Below the pieces are notes generated by a model. That model did not search any database, had not been told where the DNA came from, and saw only the letters and a program-made list of their open reading frames with translations. Below, piece by piece: positions 37,856-45,761 of a DNA stretch of 64,000 nt. The DNA comes from Nitrosopumilaceae archaeon. Its GTDB lineage: Archaea; Thermoproteota; Nitrososphaeria; Nitrososphaerales; Nitrosopumilaceae. Position 1 is the stretch's first letter. The number at the start of each line of letters is the position of its first letter. The stretch is taken from positions 81 to 64,080 of the forward strand of contig DATIAR010000082.1 in assembly GCA_035457865.1 (NCBI GenBank). Reading direction: 5' to 3'. The position numbers and the translations under genes are program-made.

Positions 37856-37912
37856 GGTCAGATACCCCAGAGTTTCTCTCATCATCAAATCAGGTAACTC
37901 TATCATCATCCC
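37856..37912 (-). ncRNA. candidate C/D-box sRNA (non-canonical spacing)
   Basis: The minus strand reads GGG-AUGAUGA-UAGAGUUAC-CUGA-UUUG-AUGAUGA-GAGAAACUCUGGGGUAU-CUGA-CC. It has two perfect C-type and two D-type boxes with GG/CC ends in 57 nt. Guide spacers of 9 and 17 nt differ from the usual length of about 12 nt. Confidence 0.3.
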
Positions 37913-38032
37913 AAGATCAAAGCAGAAATGTCAGTATTTATGCGTAAAGATATCGAATAGGTAAGAATTTTTCACTAAATTGTTGGAGCAGACTACATCT
38001 GGTCTTAAATAAAATTCAAGAAATGAGACGCC

Positions 38033-38593
38033 ATGGAATACGAGATTCTCAAGAAAGTATCTTCTTCAGGTCTGAACGGAATTAAACGAATAGAACTAAA
38101 AAGAATATTTGGCAAAAACTGTGAAAATGTATTAGAAAATCTAATTGAAAAACAACAGATTATTGTTGAAAAAAAAGCTAACACATATTTTGTTTGGACT
38201 AAAGAAAGCTACTCAAAGAGAGTACAAGATAATCCTGAATTCAAACTAGCATCAAGTAAGGCTACAAAACTAAAATCTATCAAATCTGAGACAATAAACC
38301 CTATACATGATGTACAAAATACGATAAATGTATCACATCAAATAAATTCTAATATTGATTTTAAAATTGAATTTGATAAATGCCTAACGGAATCATCTAC
38401 ATCTATAGGTTGGATGCCATTCTCCCAAATACGCAAAAAAATATGTGATACAAAACATATTTCAAGCGATCATTTTTACACTCTAGCTTCAGAACTTGTA
38501 GAAAATCATAGAGAAAATTATGAAATATCTTCAGGAGGTAAAGAGGGTATTATGATGCGTGGTCTAGTGCACGGTTTTGTGAGGAATGTTTAA
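38033..38593 (+). CDS. hypothetical protein with N-terminal winged-helix-like domain
   Basis: MEYEILKKVSSSGLNGIKRIELKRIFGKNCENVLENLIEKQQIIVEKKANTYFVW resembles a wHTH. A TATA-like CTTAAATAAAA lies about 20 nt upstream. The stop overlaps the next start (TAATG). Confidence 0.55.
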   Translation: MEYEILKKVSSSGLNGIKRIELKRIFGKNCENVLENLIEKQQIIVEKKANTYFVWTKESYSKRVQDNPEFKLASSKATKLKSIKSETINPIHDVQNTINVSHQINSNIDFKIEFDKCLTESSTSIGWMPFSQIRKKICDTKHISSDHFYTLASELVENHRENYEISSGGKEGIMMRGLVHGFVRNV

Positions 38594-40200
38594 TGTACGC
38601 ATATGAATTAGAAACTAATCCATATCCTAGTAGCCCAACCCCTACAGAAAAGGATGCCAAAATACTTGGTGGAAAAAGGCACAAAGAAGCAAAATCATCC
38701 ATCTTAGAATGCATCAAAGAACTGTCACAGAAAGTATCAGGAAGAGATTCAAGCGGAGGAGATTTTAGAGTAATTACACTCATCCAGGATGTAGGTTCAG
38801 GTAAGACACATTTAGCCTTACATATACGAAATCTACAAAACAGACATAACATAGTTTGTACCTTTTTGGATCTTTCCACAATATCTCCAAAAACCATGCC
38901 TAGTCTCTATAACGCACTTGTTAAGGGCTTTGAAGACGAGTTTTTCATCCAACTTCGAACAAAACTCCTAGAGTACATAAGAGACAGAGCAGCACAAGGG
39001 GATAATTCCGCAAAAAAGGCATTAGATTATACTTTCATAGATAGACTTTCTGGTGTCACAATACAACAAGAAGTGGAGGATATAATTTCAGGAAAAAAAG
39101 GTGTGTCTGTTGAAAACCTGAAAAAATTCCTAATACAATGGTTTAATCATTATGAATCAACAATTATTACAAGTATTATAACAAACTCTTTTGATTCTAT
39201 AAACAATCTGGAAGAATTACTTGGAAGAATGACTGCCATCTCAAAATTAACGCAAAGATTTCTCGGTAAAATTATTTTGTACGAAATAGATGAACTTGAT
39301 GGAAATCATGAATCCATAGAATTTGTGAAAGCCATAATCAACGCGCATATTCCAGCCTCTGTGGTTTTGCTTATTTCAACACCATCTGGTTATGCAGAAA
39401 TCCAAAGTATGAATGCCTCAGTTTTTGACAGATTAGAAAAAGCAAATTATAAAATTGATCTAGCAGGTTCAAACTCCGTAGACGAGCTTTCAGAAATCGT
39501 TTTAGAATACATCAAATACAACGACAAGCAAGGAAAATTCAAACAACAAGCACAGGATGATCTCGCAGAAAAGATAAGCGTTCTTTATGATGAATTTCCA
39601 AACTTTAGAAACGTACGATCTATTATTAACATATTATATCATGCAATGGAAAAGTCACAAGAGCTTAACCTAACAAAGATAGACGAATTTGCTATAGATG
39701 AAACAATAAAGCATGTATATCCAGGTCTGAAGGTGCGAGGTAGCGTAATGGACGTCCCAATATCAGATTTTATCAAAATTAGACGAAGCTGTAATGCTGA
39801 AGATGTTGAACTTCAGCTTAAGAAAGCAGTTACAAATCTGGTCAATTTTGCTCATGAAATGGGTAACATTGGGAAATTAGAAAAACAAAATCAACCACTT
39901 GACATTATTTACCAAGATCCATATGGTGCAAAAATAGGTGTAGCTGTTGTGATGAACCAAAACCACGGCAAGAACTTTGAAGAGATATCAAATGTCACAA
40001 AATCTTCTGCACTTGTAGACAAACTTGTTATTCTTACTAATACAAACGTTCCAAGTTCTAATTCTGCAACAATAGTAAATATGGACAAATCAAAAATGGT
40101 AGACCTTATTTATTTCGACTCTAAATATACAAGTCACAAAATTAAAACCTCTGACAACGAGAAAGCTCAAATGCTTGCAAAGAGAGTTAGTATTATCTAG
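38593..40200 (+). CDS. P-loop NTPase of the archaeal-ATPase/ORC-like (AAA_16-like) class, unknown function
   Basis: Walker A is DVGSGKTH and Walker B-like is IILYEIDELD. An N-terminal NPYPSSP segment resembles the NPF-type lead-in of archaeal ATPase families. The C-terminal roughly 130 aa (LDIIYQD...IGVAVVMNQ) is possibly a degenerate nuclease-like (DUF234-like) domain. Confidence 0.65.
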   Translation: MYAYELETNPYPSSPTPTEKDAKILGGKRHKEAKSSILECIKELSQKVSGRDSSGGDFRVITLIQDVGSGKTHLALHIRNLQNRHNIVCTFLDLSTISPKTMPSLYNALVKGFEDEFFIQLRTKLLEYIRDRAAQGDNSAKKALDYTFIDRLSGVTIQQEVEDIISGKKGVSVENLKKFLIQWFNHYESTIITSIITNSFDSINNLEELLGRMTAISKLTQRFLGKIILYEIDELDGNHESIEFVKAIINAHIPASVVLLISTPSGYAEIQSMNASVFDRLEKANYKIDLAGSNSVDELSEIVLEYIKYNDKQGKFKQQAQDDLAEKISVLYDEFPNFRNVRSIINILYHAMEKSQELNLTKIDEFAIDETIKHVYPGLKVRGSVMDVPISDFIKIRRSCNAEDVELQLKKAVTNLVNFAHEMGNIGKLEKQNQPLDIIYQDPYGAKIGVAVVMNQNHGKNFEEISNVTKSSALVDKLVILTNTNVPSSNSATIVNMDKSKMVDLIYFDSKYTSHKIKTSDNEKAQMLAKRVSII

Positions 40201-40282
40201 AATATCACATCAAAGCATAGTTTTTACTATTTCTGAAGTAGAAGATCCAACCATTTTTAAATAAAAGAGTTCCTTCGATCAT

Positions 40283-41551
40283 ATGCAAGAGTTTTTTCTT
40301 CAAATATCAGCCGTCGAACTGCCAAAAGAAGATTTCATAGGTGATCTTGCAATAATTATGATTTTAGCTGCAATAGTGACCCTTGCTTTCTTTAAAATTC
40401 GCCAGCCAATTATCATTGGTTATTTATTTGCAGGAATGCTAATAGGACCACTTTCCCCACTTTGGGTTTCTTTTTTACCTGATGGTATAGGGTCCTCCTC
40501 TGGTATGGAAAACATTATCGCACTGTCAGATCTTAAAATTTTAAACGTTTTTGCTGATATTGGAATAATACTACTACTTTTTGTAATTGGTATAGAATTT
40601 CCCATTGCCAAAATAAAATCAATAGGAAAGGTTGCAATAGGTATGGCAACAATAGAACTCTTTCTTGCATTAATAATTATATTTTTCATAGGCGTATCGA
40701 TTGGATTTAATTTCATGGATTCGTTATTTCTAGCAGCAGCTCTATCAATTAGCAGTACTGCTATTATAATTAAAATTCTTGAAGATATGGGAAAGATCAA
40801 AAAGGAATCAACAGTGCTAGTTCTTGGCATTCTGATTGTTGAGGATATTATTGCTGTAATTCTTATTGCGTCTTTACAGTCTGTTGTACTTGTAAATAGC
40901 GTATCATTTGAAAATATTATAATTATAAGTGGTGTTGCTGCTGCATTAATAGTTGGCACACTAACTGTAGGTGCTAGAGTAATTCCAAAATTAATAGATA
41001 GGGTAGCAAACACTGGACATCATGAAATTCTTCTAATTTCCGTACTTGGTCTTTGTTTTGGGTATGCGTTATTTTCTAATCTAGTCGGCTTGTCTGTTGG
41101 AATTGGTGCATTCTTGGCTGGTGTTCTTGTAGCTGAATCAAAATCTTCTGAAGTTTCCAAAGTTCTAACAAGTCCAATTAAAGACATGTTTGTTGCAATC
41201 TTCTTCGTTTCTGTAGGTGCGCTTATGGACATAAGCCAATTACAAAATTATATGGTAATAGCATTGGTTTTCATGGCAATAGCTATACTGGTAAAATTTG
41301 GCGGTATTTTGTTTGGTGGATTTTTGTTTAGGCAAGGATTAAACAAAACACTTCGTTCATCATTAGCGCTCTCCCCAAGAGGTGAATTTTCTATCATAAT
41401 AGTAAAAGTCGGAGTAGACATGGGTGCAGTTAGCGCATTTTTGTTCCCAATGATAGGAATTATTTCTATAATAACGGCATTCATAACGCCATTTATGATT
41501 AAAACTGGAGATCAAACAATTCTCAAAAACTCAGCAGAGCGGGAATTATGA
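40283..41551 (+). CDS. monovalent cation:proton antiporter (CPA2/Kef-type membrane domain)
   Basis: 422 aa with about 12 TM helices. The N-terminal region QPIIIGYLFAGMLIGP is typical of the Na_H_Exchanger family. Confidence 0.85.
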   Translation: MQEFFLQISAVELPKEDFIGDLAIIMILAAIVTLAFFKIRQPIIIGYLFAGMLIGPLSPLWVSFLPDGIGSSSGMENIIALSDLKILNVFADIGIILLLFVIGIEFPIAKIKSIGKVAIGMATIELFLALIIIFFIGVSIGFNFMDSLFLAAALSISSTAIIIKILEDMGKIKKESTVLVLGILIVEDIIAVILIASLQSVVLVNSVSFENIIIISGVAAALIVGTLTVGARVIPKLIDRVANTGHHEILLISVLGLCFGYALFSNLVGLSVGIGAFLAGVLVAESKSSEVSKVLTSPIKDMFVAIFFVSVGALMDISQLQNYMVIALVFMAIAILVKFGGILFGGFLFRQGLNKTLRSSLALSPRGEFSIIIVKVGVDMGAVSAFLFPMIGIISIITAFITPFMIKTGDQTILKNSAEREL

Positions 41552-41973
41552 CCAATGATGAAATGGAAAGACTACTTGCCAAAGTGCACAAAGACATAAC
41601 ATTGTTTGATTACAATGGCACAAAAGTTCCCTGCATCATATTTGAGGAAAAGCGATTTGACGATATAATGAGAACAATTGCTGGTAAACCTGTATCAGTT
41701 GAAACTAATCTCAACATACTTCAAGATGGCCTAGGACATGTATTTGTTGAAATTTTACTAAATTTTTCATATGGAGGAATTAATGAAAAATTGTTATTGT
41801 ATGCAAATGACTCGATCGATTTTTTTGAATCTCTTGCAAACTCTTCCATGCTTGCACTCTCTTCTCCACATTCAGAATACGGTAAATCTAATGTGTTTAT
41901 GATTCAACTCCCAAAACCAGAAAAAGCCATTAACGCATTAGATATTATTAGAAATGGTCTAAAAAAACAATGA
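41548..41973 (+). CDS. hypothetical protein, translationally coupled to the antiporter
   Basis: 141 aa ORF whose ATG overlaps the antiporter TGA (ATGA). No motif recognised. Confidence 0.5.
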   Translation: MTNDEMERLLAKVHKDITLFDYNGTKVPCIIFEEKRFDDIMRTIAGKPVSVETNLNILQDGLGHVFVEILLNFSYGGINEKLLLYANDSIDFFESLANSSMLALSSPHSEYGKSNVFMIQLPKPEKAINALDIIRNGLKKQ

Positions 41974-41974
41974 A

Positions 41975-42048
41975 TGCGGTTGCCGGGATTTGAACCCGGG
42001 TCGCGGAATTGGCAATCCCGCATATTAACCAAGCTGTACTACAACCGC
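41975..42048 (-). tRNA. tRNA-Gly (anticodon GCC)
   Basis: Folded by hand on the minus strand. Acceptor GCGGTTG/CAACCGC, anticodon arm CGGGA-TTGCCAA-TTCCG, T-arm CCGGG-TTCAAAT-CCCGG. 74 nt. Confidence 0.9.
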
Positions 42049-42130
42049 TCAAACGATTTAGAAAATTCTAGTCTATTAAAGCGTACTGGTTAGTAATACT
42101 ATTTTTAATCACGCATTATCTAGATAAGAC

Positions 42131-42418
42131 ATGGATAAGAAACTAGAAGAAAAAATTAATCAGAAAATTAATGAGGTCGCAGAAAACACAAATGAAATTA
42201 ACAAAATAATAAATTCGCTAGAAAAATTACGAACTCATTCTGATTCTTTTGGTTACGGTATAGTGGTTGGTAGACTTTACAATTCGTTTTATTACCAATG
42301 TAGAAGAATATTAAAACGAAATCCTACGAATGAAGAATTTCTAGAATTTCTTGATACCTTAAATAAAAACCAAATAAAAATTCTTGACGCACTAAAATTA
42401 AGCAACCGTAGCTTTTAG
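42131..42418 (+). CDS. hypothetical small helical protein
   Basis: 95 aa ORF whose 3' end overlaps the end of the convergent rpl10e by 21 nt. No motif recognised. Confidence 0.4.
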   Translation: MDKKLEEKINQKINEVAENTNEINKIINSLEKLRTHSDSFGYGIVVGRLYNSFYYQCRRILKRNPTNEEFLEFLDTLNKNQIKILDALKLSNRSF

Positions 42419-42904
42419 AGGAATCACCTTAATCGAGGGAGTCATAGGCAGTTTAACTGCAGCACCATGCAATGCTTTTTTCGCAACCTCTAGGTGTTCT
42501 TTTTTGACATGAACCTCCATGATACATTGATCTCGATTTACTCGTGCAGCTAAACTTACTGCTTTTCCAAAAGCTCCTCTCATACCTTCCTGAAGTCTAT
42601 CCGCACCAGCTGTTGCAATCATCTTGTTTTCTCTAAGTAAAATGTGTGGATAAATTCTAAGAGTAGAAAAGTAGCCAGTTTCACCAGTTACCTGTTCAAT
42701 CTTTTTGTTTGCTGATAGTCTAGCTGCTTCTATTGCCATGTGTCTTATCTGGACCTTTTCACTTGAACAGAGCTGTACACAGTAATCATAATCTGCTCTC
42801 TGTCCACCAGAAAACTTGGCTATTTTTATCTGTGGTTTACCTTTAATGTACTTCTTCCGTGTATACGGTTGACCATTACCAATTCTATAATTTGCTCCGT
42901 GCAT
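42398..42904 (-). CDS. rpl10e: 50S ribosomal protein L10e (uL16)
   Basis: The sequence reads MHGANYRIGNGQPYTRKKYIKGKP...RMRGAFGK. The L10e/L16 family pattern is clear. Confidence 0.9.
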   Translation of the reverse strand: MHGANYRIGNGQPYTRKKYIKGKPQIKIAKFSGGQRADYDYCVQLCSSEKVQIRHMAIEAARLSANKKIEQVTGETGYFSTLRIYPHILLRENKMIATAGADRLQEGMRGAFGKAVSLAARVNRDQCIMEVHVKKEHLEVAKKALHGAAVKLPMTPSIKVIPLKATVA

Positions 42905-43004
42905 AACAACACTTTTGATTGCTTATCTAAAGCCCATATTTTAACCGTGAGATTTTGTCAAGTATCTTTTGCAGTATGATTAGAATAAGGTCCGTAGTAT
43001 TATA

Positions 43005-43598
43005 TTGTTAAATCATTTGTTGGAAAGTGTGTCTGATATAGAGTCCAAGGTAGAGGGAATATTAGTAAAAGATCACACTTTGATCTCAGACAAAAACATG
43101 CAAAATGGTTTAGAACAAAAGGGATTTGGTGAAATAATAAAGAAAAAATTTTTTTTAAAACCTTTTGAATCTCTTTATCTCCTACACACTGATAAACTTA
43201 AGCTAACAAGAGGAAGTCAGCTGATTAACTTTGATTTAATGATGCAGGAATGTTTGAAATTTGATAATGATATTTTAACAAAATTTCTTGTTTATCGTGA
43301 TCTCAGAACCAAAGGATACATAGCAAAAAATGGTTTTGGATTTGGTACTGATTTTAGAGTATATGATAGAGGACAATTTGGTGAAAAGGCGGCCAAATAT
43401 GTTGTGTTTGGATTAAGTGAAGGAAAACGAGAGAAAATGGGATTACTACAAAAACAGATAGAGCAAATAACAAAAATGGGAAAGGAGCCAGTTATTGCAG
43501 TTATAGAAAGGCGCGGTGAAGTGATTTATTATAAAATTTCAAGAATTAAATTCCTAGAAAACAAAGATCAGTCTACGTTATCCGCCATAGAATTCTGA
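43005..43598 (+). CDS. endA: tRNA-splicing endonuclease
   Basis: The catalytic-domain pattern VYRDLRTKGYIAKNGFGFGTDFRVYDRG is present. 197 aa with a TTG start. Confidence 0.85.
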   Translation: MLNHLLESVSDIESKVEGILVKDHTLISDKNMQNGLEQKGFGEIIKKKFFLKPFESLYLLHTDKLKLTRGSQLINFDLMMQECLKFDNDILTKFLVYRDLRTKGYIAKNGFGFGTDFRVYDRGQFGEKAAKYVVFGLSEGKREKMGLLQKQIEQITKMGKEPVIAVIERRGEVIYYKISRIKFLENKDQSTLSAIEF

Positions 43599-43635
43599 CT
43601 TTATCTTAAAATATTATGGGGTGTTTTTCATCAAC

Positions 43636-43803
43636 ATGGATTTTAAAGAAATCTATTGCCACAACTGTAAGAAAACCTTGGGTAGATATAATGAAAAATA
43701 TTTTTCAGACATGAAAATAGCCGAAATAATAAAATCAAATCATGCTTCTCATATACACGAAGGTCATCAAATAGTAGTTAGAAGAATTGCAAAGAATTCT
43801 TAA
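43636..43803 (+). CDS. small CxxC/His-rich protein (55 aa)
   Basis: The sequence is MDFKEIYCHNCKKTLGRYNEKYF...NHASHIHEGHQIV. The ATG at 43636 is preferred because CTTAAAATATTA lies about 20 nt upstream. Function is unknown. Confidence 0.35.
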   Translation: MDFKEIYCHNCKKTLGRYNEKYFSDMKIAEIIKSNHASHIHEGHQIVVRRIAKNS

Positions 43804-43935
43804 ATATACTTTTAACAGAAAGAATTTGACTGAAATCATACACAAAATGAAACCATTATGCAGAATATGTGAGAATATAACTAAACCAGAATTTCAAAAC
43901 AACTTCTATCTTACAAATTTCTTCACATTATCAAA

Positions 43936-44106
43936 TCAGGAAACTAGACATAATTCACAATCACAAAGTGTGTCAGGATTGTTTTTAGCAAGACATTTGC
44001 TATGTTGACCTGCTTGACACTGAACACAGATGGTATTTTTATCTTCTAATTTAGAATATTTTGGTGCACCATCAAAACCGAATCCGCCGTCCTTTGGCCC
44101 AACCAT
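43936..44106 (-). CDS. small Cys-rich protein (56 aa, below ORF-track cutoff)
   Basis: Hand translation gives MVGPKDGGFGFDGAPKYSKLEDKNTICVQCQAGQHSKCLAKNNPDTLCDCELCLVS. An AT-rich TATA-like tract lies upstream on the minus strand. It competes with the low-complexity plus-strand ORF 43787-44008. Confidence 0.35.
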   Translation of the reverse strand: MVGPKDGGFGFDGAPKYSKLEDKNTICVQCQAGQHSKCLAKNNPDTLCDCELCLVS

Positions 44107-44200
44107 GTGTTATATGGTTTTCAACTTGTATTTCTAGGTAACCGAAAATGATAACAAAGTCTTTTTAATATAACCTAAAAAAATTTAAAACAAAATTCTA

Positions 44201-44276
44201 TGCTCCCGCCGGGATTTGAACCCGGGATCACTGCCTTGAGAGGGCAGTATGCTTAGCCGGACTACACCACAGGAGC
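44201..44276 (-). tRNA. tRNA-Glu (anticodon CUC)
   Basis: Folded by hand on the minus strand. Acceptor GCTCCTG/CGGGAGC, anticodon arm CTGCC-CTCTCAA-GGCAG, T-arm CCGGG-TTCAAAT-CCCGG. 76 nt. Confidence 0.9.
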
Positions 44277-44387
44277 TTGCTAAAAGCCATAAGGAATTAG
44301 CAATTTAAAGCAATGTTTTAGCATTACATGGATTTGTAAAATTTAACAGCTTTGATACTTTATAGCAAAAACCAAAGTAATTTTTTT

Positions 44388-45275
44388 ATGGAACTAAAAA
44401 ATTTAATACAAAAACTTTCACTTTCATCTTTTCCATCTGGACTCGGAGGATGTAGAAGTAATGGAATTAATTTTGAGTGTTGCGAATACAACATTTCAAT
44501 ATTTGATGATAAAAAAGGTGAATCTATACATGAAATTGATGGTGAATTTATCAAACTTCATCATGGTTCGCTTTCCGAAACTCATCCTGCAATTCTAAGA
44601 CAATTTGAAAATATGCAAATCATATCAGACGAGCAATGGAAACTTCGGATGTTTCTGACAGAAATTAAAGAAAAACAAACCAAGATCTCCAACTCATATA
44701 CTCAAAGTTGTCTAGTTGATGCAGGAGTATACGCAACAAAAGCAAAAGAGGCAGTTAAAACATCTGATCCGCTTGCACCTATATGGATAAAATGTAGTGC
44801 ATATTTTCTTGCAGATGCAATATCACTAATAAATCTTAAAAGACCCAGTCCCACCCATATGTTAGAATCTATACGCGGATTCCAAAAAAATAGAATAAAC
44901 AAAAATTTTGAGACAGTACATCAATGTTTAGGAATAGAAAGAGCATCAACATCGCTTCTAAATAGAATGCTCAAATCTACAATAGGATTTTCTGATATGG
45001 TTGAAGCAAATAGTCATTCAAAAATTATTGAAAGAAAATACAATCATCTTGTGCAAAACTCCTTTCTTTCTGATTGTTATTTTTATCTTGGTTACATAAA
45101 CAGAAATAATTTAATTAAAATCAAGGATTCAATACATCAGAAACCAGATCTTATTCATATTCTTAGAGTTGCATTTGACATTGAAAGTGATCTATTAATA
45201 GTTGAACAACAAACATCAACCCTTTTAAAAACCATAAATGAAATTCTATCAACCATAAAAAATCAGTATGTATAA
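44388..45275 (+). CDS. hypothetical protein
   Basis: 295 aa from the ATG at 44388 (MELKNLIQ...). TTTATAG lies about 22 nt upstream. The track start at 44352 is a TTG inside the promoter. No motif recognised. Confidence 0.55.
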   Translation: MELKNLIQKLSLSSFPSGLGGCRSNGINFECCEYNISIFDDKKGESIHEIDGEFIKLHHGSLSETHPAILRQFENMQIISDEQWKLRMFLTEIKEKQTKISNSYTQSCLVDAGVYATKAKEAVKTSDPLAPIWIKCSAYFLADAISLINLKRPSPTHMLESIRGFQKNRINKNFETVHQCLGIERASTSLLNRMLKSTIGFSDMVEANSHSKIIERKYNHLVQNSFLSDCYFYLGYINRNNLIKIKDSIHQKPDLIHILRVAFDIESDLLIVEQQTSTLLKTINEILSTIKNQYV

Positions 45276-45331
45276 CAGCGTTTTTAATTTTCTGATAAAC
45301 CTTTAAAACCCGGTGGGAGATCCTCTTTGAT

Positions 45332-45475
45332 ATGACAGATGCATCATGCGGATGTGGATCTCCGACGGGAACAGATAGTATTTGTGACTGTGAAGAACAA
45401 GGAGAATGCTTATGCGATTCAACATGTCAATGCAAAGCTAGTGTTTGCAAAGAAAACGTAAAGCAATATAAGTAG
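45332..45475 (+). CDS. metallothionein-like Cys-rich mini-protein (47 aa, 9 Cys, four CxC pairs; below ORF-track cutoff)
   Basis: Hand translation gives MTDASCGCGSPTGTDSICDCEEQGECLCDSTCQCKASVCKENVKQYK. It has an ATG start, a TAG stop at 45473-45475, and CCTTTAAAACC about 22 nt upstream. Confidence 0.45.
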   Translation: MTDASCGCGSPTGTDSICDCEEQGECLCDSTCQCKASVCKENVKQYK

Positions 45476-45518
45476 ATTCTCACGGCTCCTTTTTCCTTTC
45501 TTTTTTATTACCTGATTA

Positions 45519-45686
45519 CTATTCTTTTTCTTCTTCAAGATCCCAAGATTTTACCAATTCCTTTTGAAATTTGTCTACCTGCTTCTCATTGAGACGATCT
45601 CCGCAGTTCTTGTGTGTTGGAACAACAATCATGCCATTAAGTTTGAATTCAACTTCATACATGTGTACTTTATCGCATTCACACAT
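45519..45686 (-). CDS. small hypothetical protein (55 aa, 3 Cys; below ORF-track cutoff)
   Basis: Hand translation gives MCECDKVHMYEVEFKLNGMIVVPTHKNCGDRLNEKQVDKFQKELVKSWDLEEEKE. AAATATA ends 22 nt upstream of the ATG. The antisense track ORF 45571-45765 looks spurious. Confidence 0.35.
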   Translation of the reverse strand: MCECDKVHMYEVEFKLNGMIVVPTHKNCGDRLNEKQVDKFQKELVKSWDLEEEKE

Positions 45687-45761
45687 ATTCGAAATAATAT
45701 TCTGCCAGTATATTTGCCTATTTGAAAGATTTAACTATAGGATTTCGTTTTATGAAAATGC

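Noticed and set aside
43787-44008. Track ORF of 73 aa on the plus strand.
   Set aside because: Its start overlaps the preceding small gene and its composition is odd. It is antisense to a more protein-like Cys-rich 56 aa ORF (43936-44106) that has an upstream AT-rich box. Neither is proven, but the plus-strand ORF seems the less likely.
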